Below, piece by piece: positions 31,513-40,939 of a stretch of DNA of 64,000 bases (its first letter is position 1; each line of letters opens with the position of its first letter). The stretch comes from a virus. The stretch is from positions 105,506-169,505 of IMG/VR virus record IMGVR_UViG_3300032257_000479; one strand, written 5' to 3'. The translations under genes were made by a program, and so were the position numbers. Below the pieces are notes generated by a model. That model was not told the origin of the DNA, did not search any database, and saw only the letters and a program-made list of their open reading frames with translations.

Positions 31513-32062
31513 AAAACAAATGCAAGTTAGTGGGCTTAAAAATAAAGCATTGTTTTCTTATATCTATTATTCGTCATATTGGTCACTGTTAAAAGAAGCG
31601 TACACGAAAAACCCTAAAACCTGCAATCTATTAATTATAATTATAAAGCATAATAAGAATTGGGCATATTGGGAATTTCTAAAAATATACTGCCAAAATA
31701 TAGCATAAATCAATCGAATATTGAGCTATTTGATACTTATTGGGTAAATAGTGCTAGATTTTAGAAAACAACCCCTAGTTAATACTTACTTTAAAATACG
31801 TTATTAGTATATCTAGATTCCAGCTAAAATATAGAGCTTTATGGCCATATCTAGCAGATTTTGTGTCAAATCAGCCTTAATTGAGCGATTTTCTAACTTC
31901 ATTTCTTGTTTTTCTTCTAAAATCCGGCAAAATAAGCTATACTTAAGTCATTTTATTAATTATAATAAATAAACCCCATTTAAATGCTTTAAACAGGGTT
32001 TATCGATTTGAATGCTCAATATATGGCTAATAATGGGTATTTTTTACTGGTTATTAAATACT

Positions 32063-32566
32063 TTAATGATTCTTACTGATAAAATTATGATAAAATATCT
32101 GGAAGGGCTCATCTTCGCTTAAAACATCTATTGGAGAAACAGAATTAATAAACCAACCGAAAAGGCCAGGACTATATAAAGACTCTACAACAACAACCGA
32201 GTTCGAGTCAGCATATTTAGCGTCAATTATGGCTTCATTTACAATGTAGCAGAAATCATTTTCTATGACACCCTTATGCCCCTTGTTCATTTTGCTTGCT
32301 CTATACATTACACATGGGACATTTTTACCAATATTGTTATTGATCCAAATAAAGCCTTCAGCCGCTGCCGCTTCATCTAATATTATAGACTCTAATTGTC
32401 CTAGCTTATTTGGTTTTTCTTTCGATAAAATGAAATGAACATTTATTCCACATATATTGAACACTTTTTCCCGCGGAGAAAAAAGGCTCAAAGACAGCTT
32501 CCATTTATCTAATATTGATAGTTTGTTATTCAATAGAATTCGCCACAACAATGGAAACCTGAACAT
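32063..32566 (-). CDS. hypothetical protein
   Basis: Last gene of a three-ORF run. Confidence 0.55.
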   Translation of the reverse strand: MFRFPLLWRILLNNKLSILDKWKLSLSLFSPREKVFNICGINVHFILSKEKPNKLGQLESIILDEAAAAEGFIWINNNIGKNVPCVMYRASKMNKGHKGVIENDFCYIVNEAIIDAKYADSNSVVVVESLYSPGLFGWFINSVSPIDVLSEDEPFQIFYHNFISKNH

Positions 32567-32948
32567 CTCCGCTACTCTTAAACTCTCTTTCGATTATATG
32601 GACATCTAATCTGGAAAAAGCAAAAGAGTTAACGAAATTATTAATAACTCTTTCAACTAATTTGTCAGAAGATATTTTTCCAATAACTGTTTGTTGAAGA
32701 TTTGTCGTAAAAAAATAATAACACTCTTTATTGTAATCATCTTCATCTGTAGATAACATATTTTTTGTTAATATTTTTGATTCAATAGTATCCATAGATG
32801 TTGTCATGCATACATATCTGGTTTTTTCATCTAATTTTATAAATGAATCTTTTTCATCGTGATAAAAAGTGTTTATAATAGATCCATTGTACTCTCTTAT
32901 TGAGGACATTGATCTTATCCACAGGTTTATTCTTTCATTCTGATTCAT
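32526..32948 (-). CDS. hypothetical protein
   Basis: Overlapping operon ORF. Confidence 0.6.
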   Translation of the reverse strand: MNQNERINLWIRSMSSIREYNGSIINTFYHDEKDSFIKLDEKTRYVCMTTSMDTIESKILTKNMLSTDEDDYNKECYYFFTTNLQQTVIGKISSDKLVERVINNFVNSFAFSRLDVHIIEREFKSSGDVQVSIVVANSIE

Positions 32949-33588
32949 TTACATCAACTGGCGAAACAACACACCCATAATTATTAATAACTGATCCATC
33001 GCTTATTTTTACGGTTTTACCAATGGCTGCAAAAAACAGTGACAATTGATGCTCAAGAACACCTATATTTTTAGAGCTTGAGCTATCGATAGATATTATT
33101 TCAATCTTCTCTCCGAGAGCAGACAAAAATAGCGAACATTCGTTATTTTCTTTTTGTGAATCATACTCTGAAAATATGGAGATCTCTATATTATTAGACA
33201 TAAAATTGTGTAGTGATAATATTTTTTCGGAATCGCTTTCATTAAAAATATAGCTTGAATCGCTTTTCTTTATTTCAAAACCACAAGCCGTAAAGATTAT
33301 AGATATTTGATGCAAAACCTTTTCAACACAATCTTCACTAAAGTCAAATAAAGAAATGATGCTAAGCGGTTTACTTTTAGCGGGATTAGACAATATTACT
33401 GTGAATATTCTTTTACTATACTTTAATTCCTGAACCGATTCAAGAGACAAATATTCCGACATGTAAACATAATCGTTTATTATCTGTATGGCATTTTGAG
33501 CCGTTTGTTCAACGTGCTCCCGTAAAGCGTCCATAGCTTTTTGTGTATCTTCTTTTGAGTCCATAATAGTATTTCGTCTACTATTCAA
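32935..33588 (-). CDS. hypothetical protein with internal duplication
   Basis: Two similar ...VL(H/E)..(I/L)S..F.A.G....K.SD segments. Start probably MDSKE. Confidence 0.65.
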   Translation of the reverse strand: MNSRRNTIMDSKEDTQKAMDALREHVEQTAQNAIQIINDYVYMSEYLSLESVQELKYSKRIFTVILSNPAKSKPLSIISLFDFSEDCVEKVLHQISIIFTACGFEIKKSDSSYIFNESDSEKILSLHNFMSNNIEISIFSEYDSQKENNECSLFLSALGEKIEIISIDSSSSKNIGVLEHQLSLFFAAIGKTVKISDGSVINNYGCVVSPVDVNESE

Positions 33589-33612
33589 AGTTTCATTTAG
33601 TCAACCACACTA

Positions 33613-34509
33613 TCAGTGAGTAAAGTTCTGACCCTTCACCTCAGGAACATTATGGAGACAAGATTCCCCATATTTTTCTTTTACATGATCTATCATGGTT
33701 CCGCTGTGACTTGTCACCAAGAATTGTTTGTCAGGAAATGATTCAATGAGCTTATCTATCATTTTTGCATGTCTTTCAAAATAAACATGCATTTCTATAT
33801 TGTCAACAAGTATAATGTTTGCCTGATTTATTATAGATGGATCACATAACTGTCTAAGAAGGGTCGCTATTTTTCGCTCTCCATCAGACATGCTTTTGAA
33901 GTGAACTTTCGAATCACCCTTATCTATAACAACATCTTGATAAAAATCTACACGTTCCCCAACTCCTTCTCCATCAGAATCCTCTCCCTCAAAAGTTGAA
34001 ACAGAAATACCTAGCTCTACATCGTAACCATAAACAATGCGAGCCATATCAAGAAATAGTTCTGCTCCATCAGCAGGCAATTGAAATTTTTGCCTATTTA
34101 TTTGGTGATCAGCATCAACAAAAACGCATACATTTCTGTCGTTGACTTCGTTTTCAACAACACCATCAGGTTCGTGGTCTGAGTTTATTCTCGCAACCTT
34201 TTCGTTTCCATCGTCGTCAACAAAGATTGCTTCAACCTTCATTGGGTTATCGTTTATCATAAAATGAGGTAAATGCGGGTCATAATCTGGATGAAAAATA
34301 AGCTTCCTGAATAGGAGATCATTCTTTCTATTCTTTAGCCAACCTATATTTCCAATAAGCCTCATCGCATGCAAGTTTGTTGACTTGCCGCATCCATTCG
34401 GTCCAAAAAATATTGATATTGGATTTATGTCTCCATTGTCATTCGTAAAATTGAATGTGGCTTCTTTGTATCCGGTATAATTAGATAAATATAATTGTTT
34501 CAGTTTCAT
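33613..34509 (-). CDS. ABC/SMC-like ATPase (AAA_21 type)
   Basis: MKL..L.L.NY, GPNGCGKST, signature MSDGE, Walker B ILVDNIEMH, H-loop VTSHS. Confidence 0.88.
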   Translation of the reverse strand: MKLKQLYLSNYTGYKEATFNFTNDNGDINPISIFFGPNGCGKSTNLHAMRLIGNIGWLKNRKNDLLFRKLIFHPDYDPHLPHFMINDNPMKVEAIFVDDDGNEKVARINSDHEPDGVVENEVNDRNVCVFVDADHQINRQKFQLPADGAELFLDMARIVYGYDVELGISVSTFEGEDSDGEGVGERVDFYQDVVIDKGDSKVHFKSMSDGERKIATLLRQLCDPSIINQANIILVDNIEMHVYFERHAKMIDKLIESFPDKQFLVTSHSGTMIDHVKEKYGESCLHNVPEVKGQNFTH

Positions 34510-34559
34510 TGATAATCCTTAAAGCATAATGCTATAGGGATTATCGACAAAAAAGCTAA

Positions 34560-34961
34560 TCAAGAAGAGATTGACCAGTTACCGGATTCATCTTGCCCCC
34601 AATATTTCCAGGCAAAAGGAATGTAATGCACGTTAGAAAAACCAGCATCCTCAAGAATACCTTTCATTATCAATCCGCCAACATTGTTTAAAGAATGTAT
34701 AACAATGGTTTTGTCGGAATAACTTTTAATTGTAGAAAGATGGCGAGCAACGGTTCTTCCGTCCTCTTCGTCATCATTTAACTGATTGTTTGTTTCCCAA
34801 TTTAAATCATGATCCAAAAATACAACATCATAATCATCATTATTGTCTAAAAGATCAATAGCTTCTTGAGCGGTAAACGCATTGTCCACATGACAACCTA
34901 TAGCGTTTGGCCTAAATACATTGTGCCTATTTTGATCATCATCTAAAAATAAAACTTTCAT
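34560..34961 (-). CDS. cyclic-phosphate-processing receiver-like domain protein
   Basis: LFLDD..R, LDHDL, DG, IHS.N..G pattern of the stand-alone phage receiver family. Confidence 0.8.
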   Translation of the reverse strand: MKVLFLDDDQNRHNVFRPNAIGCHVDNAFTAQEAIDLLDNNDDYDVVFLDHDLNWETNNQLNDDEEDGRTVARHLSTIKSYSDKTIVIHSLNNVGGLIMKGILEDAGFSNVHYIPFAWKYWGQDESGNWSISS

Positions 34962-35719
34962 AACAGCCTTTCTTTCAAAAAATCAACAACATCATTTGCG
35001 ATTATCTCGTAATACAATTCATCAACCGCCTCTTGATTTAAGTGTTCTTGCAAATTATTATTTTCTATAGCAAATAATAATTCCTTGTCCAGCCTTTCTA
35101 CTTCTTTTTCAACAAGATCAAAAGATATTTTTCCCTCTCTTATATCAACAAGAAGGTCTGCTTCTGGCCTAGGAAAAGTCATAGATCCAGTTTTTGCTAA
35201 TTCGATACCTTGACTCAAGAGTCGAACTGCGTGATATGCATTTTTTACGGAGTATCCATATTTTTTGTAAGAATCTTTTCTTTTGGCTCCAACAACTCTT
35301 TTGCTGTGATAAATATCTCCTGTCTCCTTGTTCTTTGTCTTTAACTGAGCTTTTAACCACTCTGACATAGCAAATCCTGAAAAAGGCATTAGCTGAGACT
35401 TTGTCACAAACAAATTTTTGTTATCTATGATTTTTCTTCCATTTTCTGAGCATGTTAAAACATGAGATTCAGGAGCAAAAAGGATCTCAAAAGTATTGGG
35501 GGTTCCCTTTACCAGTTGATTAAGAAACTTTACAAGTCCCCAGATCACAACATCATTAACCTTATCTTCGTGTTGTTCAAATCTTCTTCTGCCAAGAAAG
35601 CAGTTTGCTGGCTCAACAACAAAACCTCTTAAGTCATCATCAGATGATGGAGTAGAGCACCCATACAGCCTGCTGCCTGTTCGGATAAGTAAGTCTGGTT
35701 TTTCCCAAAAGTTTTCCAT
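34958..35719 (-). CDS. RlaP/YcgL-type nucleotidyltransferase
   Basis: GSRLYG.....SD.D.RG, KF......G.PN..E.L, K...HAVRLL..G.E. Start reassigned to ATG 35719 because the track's start lies inside the tRNA. Confidence 0.85.
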   Translation of the reverse strand: MENFWEKPDLLIRTGSRLYGCSTPSSDDDLRGFVVEPANCFLGRRRFEQHEDKVNDVVIWGLVKFLNQLVKGTPNTFEILFAPESHVLTCSENGRKIIDNKNLFVTKSQLMPFSGFAMSEWLKAQLKTKNKETGDIYHSKRVVGAKRKDSYKKYGYSVKNAYHAVRLLSQGIELAKTGSMTFPRPEADLLVDIREGKISFDLVEKEVERLDKELLFAIENNNLQEHLNQEAVDELYYEIIANDVVDFLKERLL

Positions 35720-35721
35720 AA

Positions 35722-35795
35722 TTCCCCGCAGTGGATTTGAACCACTAGCCTTCGATCCCAAAAAATCAATGCTCTTCCAATTGAGCTAACGGGGA
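35722..35795 (-). tRNA. tRNA, Gln(UUG)-like, with an 8-nt anticodon loop (UUUUUGGG); CCA not encoded
   Basis: TCCCCGT TA GCTC AATTGGAA GAGC A TTGAT TTTTTGGG ATCGA AGGCT AGTGG TTCAAAT CCACT GCGGGGA A folds into a complete cloverleaf. Confidence 0.85.
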
Positions 35796-35932
35796 ACTAG
35801 GTAGCCATAACTGTATAATGCCTTTTCTTCGCGACCTACCAATAGAAGCAAAAAGGCAAATATGTACTACCTAGATTTATTTATTTTCGACCAATTATAG
35901 GCCTCATGAAATGTAAACACACGTGAATTCTT

Positions 35933-36766
35933 CTAAATGTCCTCAAAATTACTCAAGTCCTTATCAGGAAAATCTTCATGACCAGGTGTAATGAATTCTC
36001 CAAATGTTAAGCTAGGGGAATGATAAGGAACAAGAGCCCATCTGCATGATCCTTTTTCTGTGTAGAAAAATCTAACGGTATCATGAAGACTGTCATTAGT
36101 TGATGCAAGAATTATAGTTGGAGTAATAACGTCTCTTATTAAAATAGAGAACAATGATTGAGAATGAGTCCAACCAGTTTCTTCCATTATCTTTATCAGT
36201 ATTACAGATAAAACTCTATCTGAATCTCTTTTTGTTAGCCCATGATTTATTTGAAACAATATTTCACTAATAAAAGAGAAGCTATCTCTCATGCCAAGCA
36301 ATACTACAGTGTTCTGCAAGTCAAGGCTCAATTTTGATTTGCATGCGATTTTAGGATCATTTGATTCATACGAGGTCTCTTCTCCGGTTTTTGAGTTGAC
36401 AACAGTTTTATCTACTATCTTTATTTCTGGCATAATAAAAAGATTTTCTGTTCCAACTTCAACCTTTTCAAAATCCATGTATTCAATTTTTTCGGGAAAA
36501 GAAAAAACCTCTTTATCAAAACGAGGGAAAAGATTGATTATTTCTTCTGGTGAAAAACTTTTAGCTTTATCTTCAAAGTCAAAGTCAATTTCATCTGAAG
36601 AATGCCTTAAAGCCATTCTCTTCATGTCTGTAGGCGATATTTTGTTAACAGGTGCTACGTCTTCTTTTGTTTCAATGATTTCTTCTACTGCATCAGATAC
36701 CCTTTCAAGAATTTTTCTTGCGATATTTTTAGCTCTGTGAAGAAAATTTTTGTTGTAATTATTGAT
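35933..36766 (-). CDS. hypothetical protein (frame open 47 codons upstream of the track's ATG; possible ATC start)
   Basis: GGAGG SD 6 nt before an in-frame ATC at 36766; in-frame TGA just upstream. Confidence 0.6.
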   Translation of the reverse strand: MNNYNKNFLHRAKNIARKILERVSDAVEEIIETKEDVAPVNKISPTDMKRMALRHSSDEIDFDFEDKAKSFSPEEIINLFPRFDKEVFSFPEKIEYMDFEKVEVGTENLFIMPEIKIVDKTVVNSKTGEETSYESNDPKIACKSKLSLDLQNTVVLLGMRDSFSFISEILFQINHGLTKRDSDRVLSVILIKIMEETGWTHSQSLFSILIRDVITPTIILASTNDSLHDTVRFFYTEKGSCRWALVPYHSPSLTFGEFITPGHEDFPDKDLSNFEDI

Positions 36767-36812
36767 ATTAAACCTCCATACTCATTAACAATATCGACAT
36801 TATATCTTTAAT

Positions 36813-36840
36813 TAAATTTCGCTCCACTAATTGCCGATAC
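36813..36840 (+). promoter_or_regulatory. sigma-28-type promoter TAAA-N16-GCCGATAC (best example of a window-wide motif)
   Basis: Near match to the TAAA-N15-GCCGATAA consensus; the phage encodes a FliA-type sigma. Confidence 0.65.
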
Positions 36841-36878
36841 CTTTATGGGATATACAATATTAATCAGGAATACCATCT

Positions 36879-37244
36879 ATGACCGAAGGAACAGACCCAA
36901 GAGATATGCTAAAGAAGTATATGGATTCTCAAAACGAGAATACATATCATCACAAGCCATTAGGAGAGCATATGTTTGGTTGTTTTTTCGAACTAATAGG
37001 TAAATTGTTGTTTTGTCCCAGCGCTTGCGGACAGATTGTTGTTTCTGCTGGATCCCAGGAATTGTTTATTAAAACATGTTTTACTCCTTCTGAAGTATAT
37101 ATATCTATAGGGGAAACTGAAGGAAAACCAGGCTGCGGCCCTATATCAGATTCATTTGATATAAAGTATGTTCCAAAAGGATTTATATTAAAAAGCAAAA
37201 CAAACAGCCCAAGAAGGAAAATAAAATGGAAAGCAATAGGCTGA
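36879..37244 (+). CDS. hypothetical protein
   Basis: Follows a TAAA-N16-GCCGATAC promoter-like site; first gene of a plus-strand operon. Confidence 0.65.
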   Translation: MTEGTDPRDMLKKYMDSQNENTYHHKPLGEHMFGCFFELIGKLLFCPSACGQIVVSAGSQELFIKTCFTPSEVYISIGETEGKPGCGPISDSFDIKYVPKGFILKSKTNSPRRKIKWKAIG

Positions 37245-38224
37245 TAAACGTAATAGGGTGGTATGATAAAAACAACATAGGAGATGAAGCATACAAGATT
37301 TCTTTTAAAAAAATATGGCCAAATGCCAATTTTGTTTTTTCAGATATCCCAATAGAATCAGCAGATGAATATGTTATAGGAGGAGGAGATGTTGTTTCAT
37401 CTTCTCTTTTAAATAGTGTTTCTAAAATAAAAAACAATAAAAATATGATGAGTATATCTTTCCCAGACAGTGTTAGCGATAATCACTTTGATGAATTTCA
37501 GAGAGTTTGGGTTAGGGATCAATATTCCCTTGATAACGCAGTTAAATTTGGGCTTAAGAATGCAGAAATAGTGCCTGACTTTGCTTTCTCGCTAAACGCT
37601 GATCAAAGAAAGGGAGATCAAATACTAAAAGGGATTTTTAAGAAAGAAAAACTTGATCTTTATTCAAACAGAATTGGTATTATAGTAAACGCCCACATGA
37701 TGACTGGACATAATTGTTCAGCAGTTAAGTCTTCTTTGTTTGAAAAATTTACATGGGAACTTTCGTCTTTTTGTGATAATTATTCCGCGAGCTTTATTTT
37801 CATTCCATTCGGAACATCATTTCCATGGGATGACAGAGCAGCAGCATCATCCGTTGCCTCAAAATGTAAATTCTGGAAAAAGAATTGCGTAATTTACGAC
37901 AGAATGACGGTTCAAGATACGCTTGATTTGGTTTCATCTCTCGATGTTTTGATTAGTACAAGATTGCATGGATCAATATTTTCAACGATAGGGACAACCC
38001 CATTTGTTGATATAACACATAATCACAAAAATATAAATTTCCTCAAAACAATAAACGAAGAAAGAAACGCCATCAGTTATTCTTCATTTCAAAAAGAAGA
38101 ACTAAAAAATATGATTGATGAAAGAATTATTTGTAAAAACAAATACTCAGCAGACCTAAAAGAGAAAAGAGATGAACAAAAAAGAATTATCAAAAGATAC
38201 TCAGACACAATATCTTTCCTATGA
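37226..38224 (+). CDS. polysaccharide pyruvyltransferase family protein
   Basis: GWY...NIGDEA, IGGGD, VRD..S, VPD.AF, RLHG.I.S. Confidence 0.85.
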   Translation: MESNRLINVIGWYDKNNIGDEAYKISFKKIWPNANFVFSDIPIESADEYVIGGGDVVSSSLLNSVSKIKNNKNMMSISFPDSVSDNHFDEFQRVWVRDQYSLDNAVKFGLKNAEIVPDFAFSLNADQRKGDQILKGIFKKEKLDLYSNRIGIIVNAHMMTGHNCSAVKSSLFEKFTWELSSFCDNYSASFIFIPFGTSFPWDDRAAASSVASKCKFWKKNCVIYDRMTVQDTLDLVSSLDVLISTRLHGSIFSTIGTTPFVDITHNHKNINFLKTINEERNAISYSSFQKEELKNMIDERIICKNKYSADLKEKRDEQKRIIKRYSDTISFL

Positions 38225-39494
38225 TAAAAATTATATAATTAGATCTGTTTCAACTTCTCCAATAATAGCGGAAGGACAGAGAACAAAGCTAGTAGTAAGT
38301 GATAGTGATCTAAAACATTTTGTTGGAAAAAAGGTTGTTTACGATATGCTTGATTCAAAAGATATTAATAAAAAAGAAATTAATGAATTAAAGGTTGCCA
38401 TAGTTTGTAACTGGAATGACAAATGCGGCATATCAACATATACTGGATACTTAGCAGGAGCAATAGCTCCCAAAATAAAAGAAATGAGAATATTTTCGGA
38501 AACTACAGAAGATAAAACTTTTGAAGACGAAGATTTTGTTGATAGGTGCTGGACAAGGGGAGAAAGCCTTCTTCCTCTCGCTCAAAAAATACTAGATTGG
38601 GAACCTGATTTAATTATTGTTCAACATGAATATGGCATTTTCCCAAATGCGTTTCGATTTATGCAGTTTATGGAAGCTCTAGATGGAACACCATATGTTG
38701 TCGCCATGCACTCTGTTTATGAGCATTTAGATAAACTCGTTTACACAGAAGCTTGCAAAAACATAATAGTCCATTCTGATGAAGCAAAGAACACCCTCAA
38801 AAGACTAGGAAATACAAGAAATATAGACGTTATACATCACGGTTGCGTTTCGGTTCAAGAGACAGAAGAATTATGGAATATCATGCAAAATCCATACACT
38901 GTAATGCAATTTGGATTTGGTTTTAGTTATAAAGGTGTAGATAGGGCAATTAAAGCAATATCTCACTTAAAGAAAACAGACCCTAAATTTGAAAATATAT
39001 TCTATTTTTACCTATGTTCAACAAACTCTCACAACCTAATTGCTCAAAATGAATACTACGAAGAGCTTGTTCAATTAGCTGAAGAAGAAGGGGTTAGAGA
39101 TAATATTGCAATCGTAAGAAAATATCAAAGCGAAATGATGCTTAGCCTCTATCTTAGATTAGCAAAACTTATTGTTTTCCCATATGTTGTAAATGGAGAC
39201 AACAAAGTATATGGAGCGTCAGGGGCCATACGAGTAGCAATGGCTCATGGCAAACCCGTTGTAGCATCCGATTCTCATTTGTTTGATGATCTTGAAGGTA
39301 TTATACCAAGACCAAACAGTTCGCTTGCTTTGGCTGAAGAGATAGACAAAATTTTCAGTAGCGATGAAGAAAGAAATGAAATAATTAACTCTGGCTTAAA
39401 CTATGTCCAAACACACACATGGGATTATGCTGCAGATCAGTATTTGGCTTGTTACGAAAAAGTTTTGAAGCAAAATATAGTTTCAAGTGATTGA
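38172..39494 (+). CDS. GT-B glycosyltransferase (family 4-like)
   Basis: CGISTYT, VQHEYGIF, FGF...YKG, V.PY......SGA...AMA.GKPVVAS, TW...A. Confidence 0.88.
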   Translation: MNKKELSKDTQTQYLSYDKNYIIRSVSTSPIIAEGQRTKLVVSDSDLKHFVGKKVVYDMLDSKDINKKEINELKVAIVCNWNDKCGISTYTGYLAGAIAPKIKEMRIFSETTEDKTFEDEDFVDRCWTRGESLLPLAQKILDWEPDLIIVQHEYGIFPNAFRFMQFMEALDGTPYVVAMHSVYEHLDKLVYTEACKNIIVHSDEAKNTLKRLGNTRNIDVIHHGCVSVQETEELWNIMQNPYTVMQFGFGFSYKGVDRAIKAISHLKKTDPKFENIFYFYLCSTNSHNLIAQNEYYEELVQLAEEEGVRDNIAIVRKYQSEMMLSLYLRLAKLIVFPYVVNGDNKVYGASGAIRVAMAHGKPVVASDSHLFDDLEGIIPRPNSSLALAEEIDKIFSSDEERNEIINSGLNYVQTHTWDYAADQYLACYEKVLKQNIVSSD

Positions 39495-39575
39495 TTGTTT
39501 GTTTATAAAAAACTGTCCGATATATAGGTAGCTGCTTCCGATTGATGCGAATCTCGGAGACAGTCCCTTCCCGCA

Positions 39576-39618
39576 GCCCCGTCAGATTTTACTCCTATTA
39601 GATCTGGCGGGGTATTTT
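39576..39618 (+). terminator. hairpin terminator between convergent genes
   Basis: GCCCCGTCAGAT / ATCTGGCGGGGT stem followed by a T-run. Confidence 0.7.
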
Positions 39619-40295
39619 TACCAACCCACAAACGCTTTATCTTTTATGTCTTTTATGCTACCGGATTCTATCATAGAATATGGTATATCTTGGAACCATT
39701 TGTTGTTTGCATGCACAAATATGTTAAACGAAGCGATTAAAGCGCTCTCCCCATATGCTTCGTATAATCCATCAGATATTTTCTTTAGGTCACCCCTGGA
39801 CAAAGTGTATGTTTCCACATTTTGTCCAGCAAGTCTTTTCCATCCCCAATTTTCTTTTGCATACAAAACAGCGTCCCCGTGACCAGATGCAACATCTGCC
39901 TCTTTTCCGCTCGCTCCGTTTATTTTCAATATGTCAGATAGGACAGTATTATTTACAGCTATTTCAAAAAAAGTTTCGCCATTATTAATGGGTGAGCCAT
40001 TGTTCATATTATGAAGAGCCAATTGTCTTTCTTCTTCAGGTATAAAACCTTCTATCCTTATCATGTGTTCAACTATGCTTGCCCAATCTTGTTGAATATA
40101 GCTTTCTATAAATTCGGAACTTGAAGGATCATCAAATTCATTTAAATCTAAATAGGTTTCAACAATATGTCGAAGAACATAACCTTCGTGATTAATATCT
40201 CCAACATCTCCATCTGCATAATGAGCATTGCCAAATTGGTCAATCCAATATTCACCTTGAATCTGAGCCATTTTTATTAATTGATACCAATTCAC
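39618..40295 (-). CDS. MNWY-leader hypothetical protein
   Basis: Starts MNWYQLIKMAQ. Confidence 0.75.
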   Translation of the reverse strand: MNWYQLIKMAQIQGEYWIDQFGNAHYADGDVGDINHEGYVLRHIVETYLDLNEFDDPSSSEFIESYIQQDWASIVEHMIRIEGFIPEEERQLALHNMNNGSPINNGETFFEIAVNNTVLSDILKINGASGKEADVASGHGDAVLYAKENWGWKRLAGQNVETYTLSRGDLKKISDGLYEAYGESALIASFNIFVHANNKWFQDIPYSMIESGSIKDIKDKAFVGW

Positions 40296-40297
40296 TA

Positions 40298-40636
40298 TTA
40301 ACTTCCCAATAATTCGCAGTTTTCAAGAATTGCTTGTCTAACTGTTATTTCACTATTTTGATGATAAGGATCTCCGTTTATAATATCTTGATCCGAAAAA
40401 GAATATGTAAGAAGCATATCTTGATCTTCTGTTAATCCAGAATAGTAATCAGTGCAGAATTTTTTAGATGTTCCAAGATAAACTCCATTACCTCCCATTT
40501 CAGCAGAAGCACCTATTGTGGTGTTTATTACTTGATTAGCGTCATACAAAGATCTGGCTGATTGACCATCCCAGGCTACAATTTTGTAGCCGAACAGTTT
40601 TTGCTGAGATGTTTTTAGTAAACCAAACCAATTCAT
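40298..40636 (-). CDS. MNWF-leader protein, possible ADP-ribosyltransferase-like fold
   Basis: Starts MNWFGLLKTSQ; G.GVYL.TS...C..Y and a late E resemble ART-fold motifs (weak). Confidence 0.6.
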   Translation of the reverse strand: MNWFGLLKTSQQKLFGYKIVAWDGQSARSLYDANQVINTTIGASAEMGGNGVYLGTSKKFCTDYYSGLTEDQDMLLTYSFSDQDIINGDPYHQNSEITVRQAILENCELLGS

Positions 40637-40638
40637 TA

Positions 40639-40860
40639 TTAAGCTAACCTTTGTTGCATTAGATTTATAACAGATTGCTCATCATATCCTTTTGAAATAT
40701 AATCAACAGCTTCATCTATAAGATGTTGTTGTTGACTCGCATCCAGATTGCGACTTCTCGATAAGCCTTTTATCATTTGAACAATTCTGCTTTTAGATTT
40801 TTGATCATCTTGATAACCAATAAAACTGTCTGCTTTTTTAATTTGAGAATACCAGTTCAA
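40639..40860 (-). CDS. MNWY-leader small protein
   Basis: AAGGAG SD, TTG start, MNWYSQIKKAD. Confidence 0.7.
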   Translation of the reverse strand: MNWYSQIKKADSFIGYQDDQKSKSRIVQMIKGLSRSRNLDASQQQHLIDEAVDYISKGYDEQSVINLMQQRLA

Positions 40861-40886
40861 TTAATAGCTCCTTATCTGTAAAAAAA

Positions 40887-40918
40887 TGCCAAGATAGATA
40901 ATATTTATCGTCTTGGCA
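40887..40918 (-). terminator. intrinsic terminator overlapping a sigma-28-like -10 box
   Basis: TGCCAAGA...TCTTGGCA stem followed by T7 on the minus strand; contains GACGATAA. Confidence 0.65.
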
Positions 40919-40939
40919 TCAAAATCCTTCTTATTCTTA

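Noticed and set aside
30797-31708. Short ORFs in the non-coding gap
   Set aside because: Atypical composition, mutually overlapping, mostly without SD; better explained by RNA structure.
35720-35761. TTG start of the nucleotidyltransferase given by the ORF track
   Set aside because: It lies inside the tRNA anticodon loop.
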